DNA of 64,000 nt from Octopus sinensis (GCF_006345805.1 NC_043004.1:79112001-79176000); one strand, 5' to 3'. Positions 39,997 through 54,185 are shown, counted from the first letter of the stretch. Made by a program: numbers and translations. Notes: generated by a model from the letters alone, not told the origin.

Positions 39997-40450
39997 GCGT
40001 GTATTAATATATATATAATATACATGTATATTTCATTTTTATACCAACAGAGGATATAAGAATATATATATATATAAACATATACATATATACTTTCAAT
40101 TAAACCTAAAATGTCACTTACAGCAACCATCATTTTATCATCAATTAAAATGGATTAAATGTTCTTAAATATATTTTGTCGTGAAAATTTTAATAGAGTG
40201 AATTTATTTATTTCTATTAGAAGACATTTAAAATTTGTCTTAATTATTACAATGATTTCCTAATTCCAATAAAAAAAACCTAATTAATTACAGACTGTAA
40301 TTGGATGGAGTACATATGGGATGTGGGATTCATTGCAATTAAAATCCTCGTATATCGCTTAGCATTCAACATTTGATTCCAGTAAAGCTGAAATACATTT
40401 GGTATTAGAGAAGTCTGAAGTTTATGAATATAAATACATATACACATACA

Positions 40451-40545
<95 letters not shown>

Positions 40546-40581
40546 ACATATAAATATATATATATATACATATGTATATAT

Positions 40582-40649
<68 letters not shown>

Positions 40650-40844
40650 TATATATACATACATGCATGTACACATATATATACACGCACACACATACAT
40701 GTATATAGTTATGTATGTGAAGTATTTATGTATGTATACTTACATATGTGTGCGTGAGTGTGTGAGTGTGTGTTGTATAAGAGAGTGACATGTTCAGGGA
40801 ATTTTAATTACTTGATGATATATTGTTTTATTAATTCTTTATAA

Positions 40845-41010
40845 TTATTTCGTCTGTCTTTACGTTCTGAGTTCAAATTCCGCCGAGGTCGACTTTGCCT
40901 TTCATCATTTCGGGTTCGATAAATTAAGTACCAGTTGCGTACTGAAGTCAATCTAATCGACTGGCCCCCTCCCCCAAAATTTCGGACCTTGTTCCTAGAG
41001 TAGAAAAGAT
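40845..41010 (+). mobile_element. SINE family A, partial
   Basis: Core match. Confidence 0.75.
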
Positions 41011-42214
41011 TCATTGTTTATAATTTGGGCAGGCAATTACCCAATGTGGGTAGGGTTAACTGATGATGTCCACCTCGATACTTAACAAGTATTTAATCGG
41101 CCCGTAGTGAGGGGATGAAAGAGCTGACCTCGGTGAGATTTGAACTCAGAACTTAAAGGCTTGGAACAAATACTGCAAGATATTTTTTCCTACGCCCTGA
41201 CGTTTGTTCCAATCCCCTTACCTTATACATAATTTAGTAATACATACCATGAGGTGTTTGTTAATAGTAAAGGATCTTGTTTTACCCTTTTCCTTCTGGT
41301 GTGAAACACTCCTACTTTTTGAAATCTATCTGAGTTTCCAATGTCAATTTATGATGTTAATTCAATACTTTCAGATGTATAAAAATGATCCTTAAGTTTT
41401 GTTCGTCCATTTACGTCTCTTTTAATGAAATCTTTATTCCTTTCTATATTTTTCTTAATGCTTCTTCATTCTGTTACAATATTGAAATACAGCGTTTCTT
41501 TGTGGGCAACGAATGCTGTTTATCAGTAATCACCCGATGAGACGAGGTCACGGTGTGGTTTCACTTACCTATGTAAATAATGCCTTTAGGAAAGGCATGA
41601 ACTTCACAACACCCCCTTCCCCTCCCATTGATTGCAGGACGTTCATACCTTTTGTCCAAGTTGAAAAAAAAATCAAAGCGGAGTAGTACTGATTTCAATC
41701 GGAAGCGTGTTGCAAGGAGATGCATTTAAAGAGCGTCACTATAAATCGGTACCAAATCGTGAAACCTTGATTGGTAAACAACAAATCTATAACTTGATCA
41801 GAAAAAGTAGCAACTTTTTTAATACTAGAGGCGAATATATGTTCTTAATTCTGAATACTGATGGTTAGCAAAACATCAATGGTATCTTTCCAGTTGAAGC
41901 TTCAATAATTCCGTTATAAATTTACTACTCATGATTAATATAGTTAAAGCTTATCATTTATTGTCAATCAGCATGTTTAGATTCTAATATTTATGAAAAA
42001 GAAATTAAAACGTTGCAAAGTAACATTTCACACAATTAAAAAATACAAGTGAGAAAAAGTACATGATGAAATCTCAGCTAAAATAGATTAATTAATTAAT
42101 TTATTTATTTATTAAACTTTGCTAAAAATTATTAAATTTTCGAACCTAATTAAGATAAGAATAGCTATGATGATTCTGATAAAAAAAAAAGAAAAAAACT
42201 AATTGAAGATAATA

Positions 42215-42478
42215 CAGTTCTGTATTTAAGAGATGAGGAATTATGTATATTATTTACATTATTTACACCTGACGGATATTTGTCCCCATCTTGTTTGTTT
42301 CTAACACAATGTTTCGGCTGATATACCCTCCAGCCTTCATCAGGTATCTTGGGGAACCCAGGTTCGAAATTTCCCCAAGATACTTGATGAAGGCTGGTAT
42401 ATCAGCCGAAACGTTGTGTTAGCAACAAACGAGATGAGGACAAATATCCGTCAAATGTAAATAATGTAAATAATGTAA
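42215..42478. mobile_element. Palindromic dimer of the hammerhead tail (locus D) with TSD
   Basis: Minus tail 42215-42355 fused to plus tail 42356-42476; aattgaagata duplicated at 42201-42211 and 42477-42487. Confidence 0.8.
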
Positions 42479-42729
42479 TTGAAGATAACAATGTGCAATT
42501 TGAAAAGTAGATGAGAAAATGATTAGGAACAATTTATAAATCAACTATTTACCTCATCAGTGAAAAGTACCTTTCCAGATTTTATGGTTTGGACCCTAAC
42601 AACGACAATACTTACAGTTGTTCTGGCAGCTTTGATGCAAACGCGTTCTGATTGTTCACTCTTAATTTTAATGATGTTTCTCTCATATTTTTGTATTTTT
42701 ACATGAATCAAATAATCATGAATTTTACG

Positions 42730-42744
42730 AATTCATTATTATTA

Positions 42745-42785
<41 letters not shown>

Positions 42786-42792
42786 TTTATTA

Positions 42793-42834
<42 letters not shown>

Positions 42835-42900
42835 CATTATTATTATTATATTATTATTATTATTATTATTATTATTATGTTATTATTATTATTTTTATTA

Positions 42901-42987
<87 letters not shown>

Positions 42988-43044
42988 CATTATTATTATT
43001 ATTATCATCATTATTTTATTTTTATTATTATTATTATTATTATT

Positions 43045-43090
<46 letters not shown>

Positions 43091-43177
43091 GTTATTATTA
43101 TTATTAATCATTATTATTATTTTTATTATCATTATCATTATTATATTATTATTATTATTATTATTAATATTATTGTT

Positions 43178-43212
<35 letters not shown>

Positions 43213-43251
43213 AATCATTATTATTATTATTATCATTATCATTTATTATTA

Positions 43252-43283
<32 letters not shown>

Positions 43284-43484
43284 ATTATTATTATCATTAT
43301 CATTATTATTATTATGTTATTATTATTATTATTATTATTATTCTTATTATTATTATTTTTATTATTATTTATATTATTATTATTATTATTATCAATATCA
43401 TTATTATTATCATTATCATTATTATTATTATTATCATCATTATTATTATTTTTATTATTATTATTATTATTATTATTGTTATTA

Positions 43485-43515
<31 letters not shown>

Positions 43516-43577
43516 TATTATTATTATCATCATTATTATTATTTTTATTATTATTATTATTATTATTATTGTTATTA

Positions 43578-43608
<31 letters not shown>

Positions 43609-43654
43609 TATTATTATTATATATCATTATTATTATTTTTATTATTATATATTA

Positions 43655-43685
<31 letters not shown>

Positions 43686-43830
43686 TATTATTATTTCATT
43701 ATTATTATTATTTTTATTATTATTATTTTTATTATTATTATTTTTATATTATCATTATCATTATTATTATCATTATCATTATTATTATTATTATCATCAT
43801 TATTATTATTTATTATTATTATTATTATTA

Positions 43831-43873
<43 letters not shown>

Positions 43874-43930
43874 TATTATTATTATCATCATTATTATTAT
43901 TTTTATTATTATTATTATTATTATTAATAT
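42730..43930. repeat. ~1.2-kb degenerate (TTA)n array with ~93-bp higher-order units
   Basis: Pattern cattatcattattattattattatcatcatt...ttttt...gtt recurs at ~43411, 43504 and 43597, and again near 43770-43860. Confidence 0.8.
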
Positions 43931-44044
43931 TCAGTAGTCTTATTTTTATTTCGTGCTTTCACTGCACTGACGGTCAAAGCTCTATGTGCCTTGGTTTTTT
44001 ATGTTTTTATCTTTAGTGTATTGAAAGATATTGTTGTTGTTGTA

Positions 44045-44094
<50 letters not shown>

Positions 44095-44482
44095 TATTAT
44101 TTAGAAATTATTGCAATTCTTTATTTGTCGAGTTAATTATTTGTGCAGGTATTACTAAAGCAAGGTTATCACCCCTTTTAGTTACTGTGAAACGGTTGAC
44201 AGACACTGCCCCCTATGGTTGAGGTCCAGTTTTAATATCAACAAAGTTTCATGATCATCCCTACATACATATACACAGCTTTTCACACATGGTCTCGTAT
44301 ACATTCAATTTACACGGTTACAAACATCTATATTCATTTATGTTCAATATATGTATATTCCTGCGCATGTTTTCTCGTGGTTGATTGTGATGGCTTTTTT
44401 TTATTTAATGCTTCGCCATTTTGAATATATAAAGTATTAATGCTCCATGTTTTCTTGCGTGTCATATAAAGAAAGATAATCT

Positions 44483-44876
44483 TTTCTACTCTAGGCCGAA
44501 ATTTTGGGGAAGGGGACTCACCAGTCGATTAGATCGACCCCAGTACGTAGCTGTTACTTAATTTGTCGACCCCGAAAGGATGAAAGGCAAAGTCGACCTC
44601 GGCGGAATTGGAACTCAGAAGATAATGACAGACGAAATACCTATTTCTTTACTACCCACAAGGGGCTACATACAGAGGGGACAAACAAGGACAGACATAG
44701 GTATTAAGTCGATTACATCGACCCTAGTGCGTAACTGGTACTTAATTTATCGACCCCGAAAGGATGAAAGGCAAAGCCGACCTCGGCAGAATTTGAACTC
44801 AAAACGTAAAGACAGACGAATTACGGCTACGCGTTTCGCCCGGCGTGCCAACGTTTCTGCCAGCTTGCCGCCTTTA
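44483..44876 (-). mobile_element. SINE family A dimer
   Basis: Two tandem cores plus head. Confidence 0.85.
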
Positions 44877-45069
44877 TGAAGAAAGATAATGATATCACGT
44901 TAATTTGAATGGCTTCTAAACGAATGGTTGCTAATTTTTATGATCAGGAAGTAATTATCGAAAATACTTTTTGATAACAATTTTACCAGCATTTAAAATG
45001 AGATATGAGCTATGATATCAACTACTGTTACTGATGTAGAATTTAAATTTCTGAGTTAAGGCAGTAAAA

Positions 45070-45240
45070 TATAAATTATTTACATTCGACGGATATTTGT
45101 CCTCATCTTGTTTGTTGTTGACACAACGTTTCGGCTGATAAATCCTCCAGCCTTCATCAGGTATCTTGGGGAAATTTCGGAGCTGGGTTCTCATTCCTAA
45201 GGTATTTTCCATGTTATTATCATCACTATCATTATTATTA

Positions 45241-45281
<41 letters not shown>

Positions 45282-45462
45282 TATCATCATCATCATTATT
45301 ATTATTATTTATCATCATCATTATTATTATTATTATTATCATTATTCAGGTCACTGCCTGGAATCGAACTCGCAATCTTGGGGTTAGTAACCCGCGCTCT
45401 TACCACTACGCTATATGCCCAGTGACCTGAATAATGATAATGATAATAATAATAACAATAAC

Positions 45463-45511
<49 letters not shown>

Positions 45512-45572
45512 TCGAAAAAATACCTTTGTAATGAGAACCCAGGTCTGAATTTTCCCTCAAGACACCTGAAGT
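45070..45572. mobile_element. tRNA-head/(AAT)n/hammerhead-tail composite, locus C (complete on - strand, with inverted partial copy)
   Basis: Minus strand: head 45420-45345, (AAT)n, tail with intact hammerhead 45165-45120; then a plus copy agtgacctga-(AAT)n-aacatcgaaaaaatacc...aagacacctga truncated at 45572. Confidence 0.8.
45120..45165 (-). ncRNA. Minimal hammerhead ribozyme (family H1), intact core
   Basis: gatac-CTGATGA-a-ggctg-gaggatttat-cagcc-GAAAC-GTT-gtgtc; helix I GAUAC/GUGUC still pairs despite substitutions. Confidence 0.7.
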
Positions 45573-46989
45573 GTGGTTACAACATGTGATACGGTGCTTT
45601 GTTATATTCATTGCAGCTTGCTGCGCTCTGTGTTCGAATCCTGTCGTTGTTCATTTTGTTGTTTTCCCTCCTGGGTCAATAAAATAAGCCGTAGGTAAAT
45701 CCTGGGGTTGGTTTAATCTACTAACTGCCTTCCCTCAAAATCTCAGCCCTTGTTCCTATGTTAGAAGCATATATTAGCTCGAGGTGTTCAGTATTCTCAT
45801 GAATAAAGCTTGTAATAAACTAACATTGTATTCGAAGTAAGAGATACATTTCAACCGCCTAATATGGTGGAAATTAGAACCGCCTATTAACCGCCTAATA
45901 TGGTGGAAATTAGAACAAATACTAGGACAGAACGACATTTAGTAACATCATTTCATAAAAGAGAAGTAAAAATAGGATTTATTTGTAGAAATATCATCTT
46001 TCTCTTGTTTAATCTCATCAGTGTCAGAGACTTTTAGTTACTTTAACTGATATATGCATTTTCTAATTGTTTTAATGTGTCTTCTGCCCCAGACTCGCTC
46101 GGTCTTTAGTATATGGTTGATTACCATTCTGCATTGTGAATATTTATCTGAGCTCATGTCTCGGTGGCTTCAGATGTCTACAGTTAACAATAGCAACAAA
46201 CACCCTGTGTCCTAAATTGTAATATAACTTAGTTAGTTAATCAGACCTCCACTAATTATATGTAAACTACAGCCATCGTAATATTCGCACAGAAACTTCT
46301 TCGAAATAAGTCCCCTGTATATCATACATTTTACCAAATTTTATGTAAATCAGCTTCTACCAAACACAGCATGGGACTACAGAAACTAAAGTGAACTTGC
46401 TTACGAAGAGCCTTTACGAAGTCTCTCAGCTTGCTAGATGTAGCGACTAAATCTGCTTCTTTAAACTCCGCTAGTTTGAGTAAGGAACTACACATTAACT
46501 AAAGGATTTTTAGATATTCTTCAAAAGATAGGATGGTCGCGGCTAGAATGTGTTTGATGATGGGTCTCTTCGACCAGGATTGTCGTTGTGCTAACAACCT
46601 TTAAAAGATATATGATCGATAGGCAGAAACTCGGAGTCATTCGTTTGGTATGAATAACTTCGACTGCTTGGATTGATCTGATATAAGATAAACAACGGTC
46701 GAGTTTCTTATCTCATCTTCAATACATTTCCCTCCTCAGAGACAAGCAGTCGAGTTTCTGAAGAGACAGGCCCATTAGATAGCTTCCACCTTACGTTGAT
46801 ATTGGTCTGTTACCTTTGAACATTACGGTGAAAAGTTATAACATTTGCCAACAAAACAAAAGAATACCAATAATCAAAAATATTATTCAAGAGAACTTTC
46901 TAGCAATACGGAAGATTCTAATTGTCGCTCTATTGCAAAATGAATATTCACGATTCTTTTTACCCTCACTTTCGTCGTATCAACTTTAA

Positions 46990-47450
46990 TCATTACTTCT
47001 GTAGTTTGTCTCTTATCGATCAACTGTCGTCTTCCTTTTGTTACTAACTAAACATCAGCAGACGACACCAGCTTATATCTCCCCCTCATTTTATATACAC
47101 AGCCATAATATTTCCAGCATGTACGTCCTCCTTTATACATGCCCTGCTTAGTCTTAATCCTAAGAAGAAAAAAGCTTCTCAAATCAACACAGCAGAAATC
47201 ATATTATCACCTCCTACGAATGTTCTGAACAGTCTCCGTTAACTGTACATGATATTTATACAACCCTTACAAATCTAATAATGCACTCCAAGTCAGGAGT
47301 TTCTTTTTAGCATCCAAAACTACTTCTCCAATCTTGAACACTTACTAATCCCTCTTTTAATGAGCAAACAGATCAGATGGAATATATTTATTGCACTATT
47401 TCCCTATAGAATGTATATCTAGATGATGGATATACTGCATGCAAACACAT
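46990..47450 (+). mobile_element. CR1/L2-like RT remnant
   Basis: ADDTSLYL at 47058 followed by LSLNPKK, the usual spacing in LINE RTs; heavily mutated. Confidence 0.45.
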
Positions 47451-47789
47451 CCTAGAACATGAGCCAATGAAAGACAATATGCGTCACTCAACCAGCCTGA
47501 AATAGTGGTTGACTTTCCCTCAAATCACGCCTTCCCGTCTTCCATTGTATCTGGTTAAAAGAGAGGACGGTCACAACGGGAAAACCTTTTGGCTGACTTG
47601 GGGGCTAAATTGTAACAATAGCCTTATCATTAGACAGAAACCAACGTGAGACACTGGATGTGGTCGTTAGACCTGCGAGAAAGAGCTGCCAGATTTCACA
47701 CTAGTTTGTATGCATTTCAACAAACATATACCCAAGTGTGATTATATCGCGTAAACTACATACATGTACATACATCTGACCCTCAAACA

Positions 47790-48400
47790 GCATAGGCCTA
47801 CACGCGATGATCCAGCTCTAGAGTTGCATTGTTCTACCAAAGGTTCTCTATGCCAGTGAGACATGGAAGAGCACCGTAGAAATCGAAAGGAAGCCAGATG
47901 CTTTCCACCAAAGATGTTTGAGAAGGATTCTGATAATATACTGGCAAGACCACGTAATCAATGAAGCTGTTTTAAAGATACTTACCACAAGAGCGGCGAG
48001 CTGGCAGAACCGTTAGCACGCCGGGTGAAATGCGTAGCCGTATTTCGTCTGCCGTTACGTTCTGAGTTCAAATTCTGCCGAGGTCGACCTTGCCTTCATC
48101 ATTTCGGGGTCGATAAATTAAGTACCAGTTACGCACTGGAGTCGATGTAATCGACTTAATCTGTTTGTCTGTCCTTGTTTGTCCCCTCTATGTTTAGCCC
48201 CTTGTGGGCAATAAAGAAACAGATACTTACCACAAGAGCACTAAGCTGATAAAAAGTAGCAGATCACTTGCCCGGTTACCAGAGCGACGGTCCTCCAAGA
48301 TCAGTTTCTGAATTTTCATGATGTTTACATTCGTTCGGGAGGTCGACGGTCGTCCTGATGGAGATTGGTCTTCAAGCGACGACTGACCATTCCTAAAGTG
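47790..48400 (+). mobile_element. RTE-clade LINE fragment interrupted by a SINE
   Basis: LYASETWKSTVEIERKPDAFHQRCLRRILIIYWQDHVINEAVL from 47846. Confidence 0.8.
47995..48220 (+). mobile_element. SINE family A monomer with a 19-bp TSD
   Basis: agatacttaccacaagagc at 47976-47994 and 48221-48239. Confidence 0.92.
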
Positions 48401-48779
48401 TGGAAACTTGTGTTTTACTCATGGCAGCATCCTCATAAGCTGTTCAGAGAATGACTACTGTTTCGGCCGCTGTTTTCCCCAGCAGAAAACAGAATTTCAC
48501 GGAAGCATGCCGTTCCTTCGTTTCGGTCATCGCAAAAATCGACGAAAAGGGAAGGAGTGCGAAACAAATACGCACAACGCGGCAGTCTGACCATAGTAGA
48601 TGCCGCGGGCCGGCAAACTAATGCCTGAGGGTCGCATCAAGTAGCTTCTAGTGGCGGAAACTTGAACTATGAGGGGTTTGTCCCACAGGGAACGTTTCCG
48701 GTTACTTTTGGTTACCACCTATTATACATACATACGTATGTACATATGTATACACACACACATCTATATGTATATATAC

Positions 48780-48820
<41 letters not shown>

Positions 48821-48825
48821 TGTAC

Positions 48826-48856
<31 letters not shown>

Positions 48857-48881
48857 ATATATGTACATATATATATATATG

Positions 48882-48912
<31 letters not shown>

Positions 48913-48925
48913 GTACATATATATA

Positions 48926-48971
<46 letters not shown>

Positions 48972-48976
48972 TGTAC

Positions 48977-49029
<53 letters not shown>

Positions 49030-49076
49030 TATATATATATATATACATATATGTACATATATATATATATATATTA

Positions 49077-49119
<43 letters not shown>

Positions 49120-49507
49120 GGGTGTGTATGTATATGTGTATAAACGACAGAGTGATACCTACATAACCATCTTATATAGGCTCACACATGAAATCATTCA
49201 GAAACACGCACACAAGCATACGCACGCATGCGCATTTGCACTCAATGAACGTTGCTATGAAGGAGGTGATAAGAATTCGAATGTTTTTATGCATTCATGT
49301 AGAATAATATTTAATGTGTTAATCTATACATTTCAGTCAGCACGGCGTGTATATATATATATACATACATATACATACGAAAAACTGTGAAACACAGTGG
49401 ATAGCTGGAAACAGCCGTCTTTTATACAATTTGCCCCAAAACATCAAAACCAGACACAACGAACTTGTTAGATATTTGTTAAGAATATATTTACACATGG
49501 CGAAATA

Positions 49508-49604
<97 letters not shown>

Positions 49605-49709
49605 TTGTTCTTGGTGGTGGTGGTGGTGGTAGTAGTAGTAGTAGAGTTGTTGTTGGTGGTGGTGGTGGTAGTAGTAGTAGTAGTGGTGGTGGTGGTGGTG
49701 GTGGTGGTG

Positions 49710-49753
<44 letters not shown>
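49508..49753. repeat. Compound (GTA)n/(GTG)n microsatellite
   Basis: Direct reading. Confidence 0.95.
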
Positions 49754-49865
49754 TGCTTTTATTCTTTTTGCATTGTCTGTAACGTCAAGGGGATTGGTCT
49801 TATTCAGCGAATTAGCAACAAGTCTCTCCGACGTCCGAAGGTATCCCAGAATTCCTACGAATTAC

Positions 49866-49947
49866 CAGACGACAGTTTTCTGTAACGAAGCCATGTTCAA
49901 TCGTTGCTCAGTCTTTCATTTTCATTATTTTGCTTCGTCTTCGTCTT
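49866..49947 (-). CDS. Weak candidate start-codon exon (MASLQKTVV.., ATG at 49894-49892)
   Basis: Acceptor ttttgttctttcaaatctcAG, aacATGG context, donor CTG|GTAATT; only about 9 codons. Confidence 0.22.
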
Positions 49948-50579
49948 CTGAGATTTGAAAGAACAAAACTCTACGACTAGGCATAATATGGTCATACCTG
50001 TTTGTCCCTATTATTTGGTCAGTATTTTCTGAGAAATCTCTGGTGATTCTAGAATAGTCATTTTCAGTATCTGCCTATCACTATATTATAATGGCTGGTT
50101 GGCAGGTTGGTTGGTTGGTTAGTCGGTTGCTTGGATGGTTGGATGGTTAGTTGGTTGTTGGATTCTCCAGCCACGCTTTACATCGTATAGAAAGAGGCGG
50201 GGAGAGAATAAAAGGGAGATATAAAAAGAGTTGTGAGGTGCAGAATGAGTGCGCATACTGGGCTTGGTGGCAGGCAATAAGTAAAGGAAGGATACGCATG
50301 AGTAAAGGAACAGCGAGTAAAGGAACGATACACACATTACGAATCCCAGAGACAGAAAGAATGGAGGAGGAAGAGGGGAGGAGGAGGGAGGAGGAGGAGG
50401 TGAATGACCGAGTGCTTACTGGAAAGAGTTCCAATTTTTCAGAGATAGATTTTAGCTGGTATAGACTGCGATTTTGTTGATAAAATTTAGAAAATAGTAG
50501 CATATGTTTATTGCAAATATAGAAACGCTTTATCTTAAGGTAATATTTTCACTCTGATAATTTGTTATAGTTATTAAAT

Positions 50580-51500
50580 GATGGTGCTATTATTCTTCCT
50601 CTACATTTAACATTTATTCCCTTTTCTCTTTTGCCGTTCTTGGTTTATTCACTCACTAAAAGAACGATATTCTCACCACATATGCAACATTATCTTGGTA
50701 GCTTCTATCAATCTCCCTTCAAATATGATCTGTCCTAATAGCGTCTAATGCTAATCTGTTATTGGTATCTCCTTTATTACTGCTTTATAATTCGTTTTGA
50801 ATTCCACTGTCTTTCCAGAGACTGCTTCCAAATTCTTTCGAGAAATTCTATTCGTTCTTAATTTTTTTAGAAAAGTTTGAGGCCATGCATGAAAAATAAA
50901 TCGGTTATCAAAGATATAAAGTCGTCTATGTTCAGTTGTATCAGTTAAGCATCTCCTTTGTTCCTCGGGAATAACCTATTTAATTCCAATGAAAAACTAG
51001 GTCTCACCATTTATCAATCTTGTCAGTAAACTCCACATCAGCACTAAACACGTAACAAGCTTAAAATTATTTGCCTCATTCCCCTTTCTGTAACAATAGA
51101 TTATCAAATCCAGTTGTACTTAATAATATATCTTTTTCGAGTATTTAATGGAAGTTTAAGAACCAAAAACCTTGAACTCCATCTGTAACTGAAGCTTTGT
51201 ACTTTGATATCTTCTTAAGATATTATCTCTACTCAAGTAGATTTCTCTTTGTAATTGCTCTGTCTGATCTACATCTCTTTTAACTTCCCGTTTCTAACTC
51301 TAAATGATTGATCAATACAATTTGACATTTATATATGCCACTTCTTTTTCTTAATGTACTTCTTCGTTACAGTTCACTTAATAATCTTCCCCTTCTCTGT
51401 CTTTATCAATGAGAATTAAATATCTGTTAGCTTGTCCACTTTTCTTCATACTCATTCGTTTCTATTGCGTTCCATACACTACTTTATTTTATTGCATATT
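50580..51500 (-). mobile_element. Highly degenerate LINE RT region (RTE-like)
   Basis: Minus strand LPR*CCICGENIVLLVSE resembles PWCxLFADDIVLxxES. Confidence 0.35.
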
Positions 51501-51789
51501 TCCTTTATACTAACTCATAGAACAAACAACGCAACCATCATGCTTATCGTTGAAGATTTAGTCGATAGTTTAATCTCGATTCAAACATATCGGTCATGAC
51601 ATCTCTCTTAAAGGCCTCCTTCTAAGTTTCTAACTAAATCTAATCTAGTTTTCTCTATTTCTATTACTAAACTTTATTCATTCTGTTCTAGTCATATTCT
51701 TGAAGACGAACCACCGTTTATTATTAACTATGACCCCTTTTAACGTCCGCTAAACTCATTCGCTAATTTGGTCTCTGTAAGCCTATCTA

Positions 51790-52442
51790 GGTTGACCGCA
51801 CAGATCACCACTTCGTGGTTAGGCTCAAAATAGCGTGGACAACCTACGCTGTGCCAATCCCTTGGCCATTAGAATAATCTACCCGGTAGAGTCTACCGAA
51901 ATACGATCTTTTCTAGATGCGATGCAGGTAGTCTATATCTCCAATGGCACATTCGGGAAATCGATTCGGTACCTGACAGACAGTTGGAAACGTCTGGATG
52001 TAAGTGAAGCTTTTACAGTCCCATCATGCATTACAAGAAACCGTTTCTGTCTCCCATTCGTACTTTAGAGCTAGTAAGAGATTTAGAGTCGTTTTCATCA
52101 AAGACTCAAAACATCTAACGAAATCTGGCTACTCCACCCTTGTCGGAACGTGGACAGCCACTGGTCAGCAGGTATAACCTTCGCTGCTGATCCAGGAAGA
52201 CTGTTCATATCGCGTGATTCAGACCTTTTGAAAATACAGAGGCCTCTGTCCTCTGCTCCAAATCAACTTGAAGATGTGTACGCCTAGTAAAAGCCGAAGA
52301 TGAATATAACAGCTAGCATTTCCAAAACTCTGGTTTCGTTGATGGCGACGACATCTATGCCAAGTTATCTCAGGTCGTTGTGTAGGTGGCCTTGCTTCCA
52401 AAGCGACCTCAGATCATGTGCATTCACACTGCCTATTCTGAT
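51790..52442 (-). mobile_element. Tx1/L1-type APE endonuclease remnant
   Basis: IRIGSVNAHDLRSLWKQGHLHNDLR*LGIDVVAINETR at the start and PNHEVVICAVNLDR (SDH-like) at the end. Confidence 0.7.
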
Positions 52443-52499
52443 TAAGAAGAAATATGACAAATCATTTTTCCAATTCACTGCCTATTGTTTTGTTTTTTA

Positions 52500-53683
52500 G
52501 TTTTGGCACAAAGCCAGCAATTTTGACGAGAGGGAATCAGTAAGAACCGTCGACCCCAATACTTGACAGGTACTTAATGATGGATGAAAGATAAAGTAAA
52601 TCTCGACGGGATTTGAACTCGGAACGTAAAGAGCGGGTCGAAACTCCGCAAAGCATTTTTACGACTTTCTACCGGTTCTGCCAATAATGTTTGAAGATAA
52701 ATTTAATCTGTAAATAGGTTTAGGGCAGACAATATGCTTTCCAGGTTCAGTAAGAATTATCTGGAAAGTCCTCGAAACAAAGTAAGAACAGATATGAAGA
52801 GCATAAAAGAAAGACGTTTATATAGAAAACATAAGTTATCTCCAATCGACCACGGGCCGCCGTTTGATGGACAGTATGATTAATCCAGGTACAATGGCTG
52901 TGTCGTAAGAAGTTTGCTTCCCAACCATATGATTCCAGGTTGTATCCCACGGCGTAGTATCTTGAGTAAGTGCCTTCTACTATATCCTCGAGTCGACAAA
53001 TGCCTTGTGAGTGGGTTTGGTAGACGGAAACTGAAAGAAGCCTGTCATAACATATATATATATATATATATGGGGGGTGCGTGTGTGTGTGTATGCAAAA
53101 TTAATATAGACAGCAGTTTGCAATATTTACCATAAAAGAGAATTACAAATGTCACTAAATGTGACTAGGGTGTTAGGAAACACCTACATTGCTAGAAATA
53201 AGAGCTAAATGCTCTAATGGGGTAGTCAAAGCACATAATTGTATACATATACACTAAAAATGCCAATCGAGAATTCCTAAAACTGACGTCAGTTTCAGCA
53301 ATTTCCGTTGCATCATCAGTTAGGACTGGCTCGAACTTTGGTTCTTTCAGGACTCGCTTCTCTATTAGTATATATGCTTTCGTCATCTAAATCAATGGAT
53401 AATGTTTAAACATAAAATTAATATAAACACCAGTTGCAATGCTTCACCAAAAAAAGAAGAATTATAATTCCTTTTCTATTCTAGGCGCAAGGCCCGACAT
53501 TTTTATGGCAAGGGCCAGTCGATTAGATCGAACCCAGTACGCAGCTGGTACTTAATTTATCGACCCCGAAAGGAGGAAAGGCAAAGTCTATCTCGGCGGA
53601 ATTTAAACTCAAAACGTAGCGGCAGACGAAATAGCGCTAAGCATTTCGCCCGGCGTGCAAACGTTTCTGCCAGAACGCCGCCT
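52500..53683. mobile_element. SINE A (- 52500-52685; - 53475-53683) and SINE B head (+ 52890-53048)
   Basis: Family motif matches. Confidence 0.7.
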
Positions 53684-53799
53684 AAAAGGAGAATTATAGT
53701 GGTCACTAAATCTGACCATGGTGTTAGAAACATCTACATTGCTAGAAATAAGAGCTAAAATACTCTAATCCTATAGTCAAAGCACGTAATTCTATATAT

Positions 53800-53891
53800 T
53801 CACGTGACAATTATAATGATTTTGATGATGAAGGTGGTGGTGGTGGTGGTGGTGGTGAAGATGATGATGATGTTGTGGATGATGATGATGT

Positions 53892-53933
<42 letters not shown>

Positions 53934-54185
53934 CGATGAAGATGACGATGATGATGTTGGTGATGATGGTGGTAGTAATGATGAAGATAATGACGATGGT
54001 GATGATGATGATGACGATGGTGATAATGATGAGGATGATGATGATGAGATGCTGTGGTGGTGATGATGCTGATGATGAGGATGATGATGATGATGATGTT
54101 GGTGATGGTAGTGGTGACGATGATGATGATGAAAATGGTGGTGGTGGTGGTGGTGGTGGTGGTGGTAGTGATGATGATGAAAATG

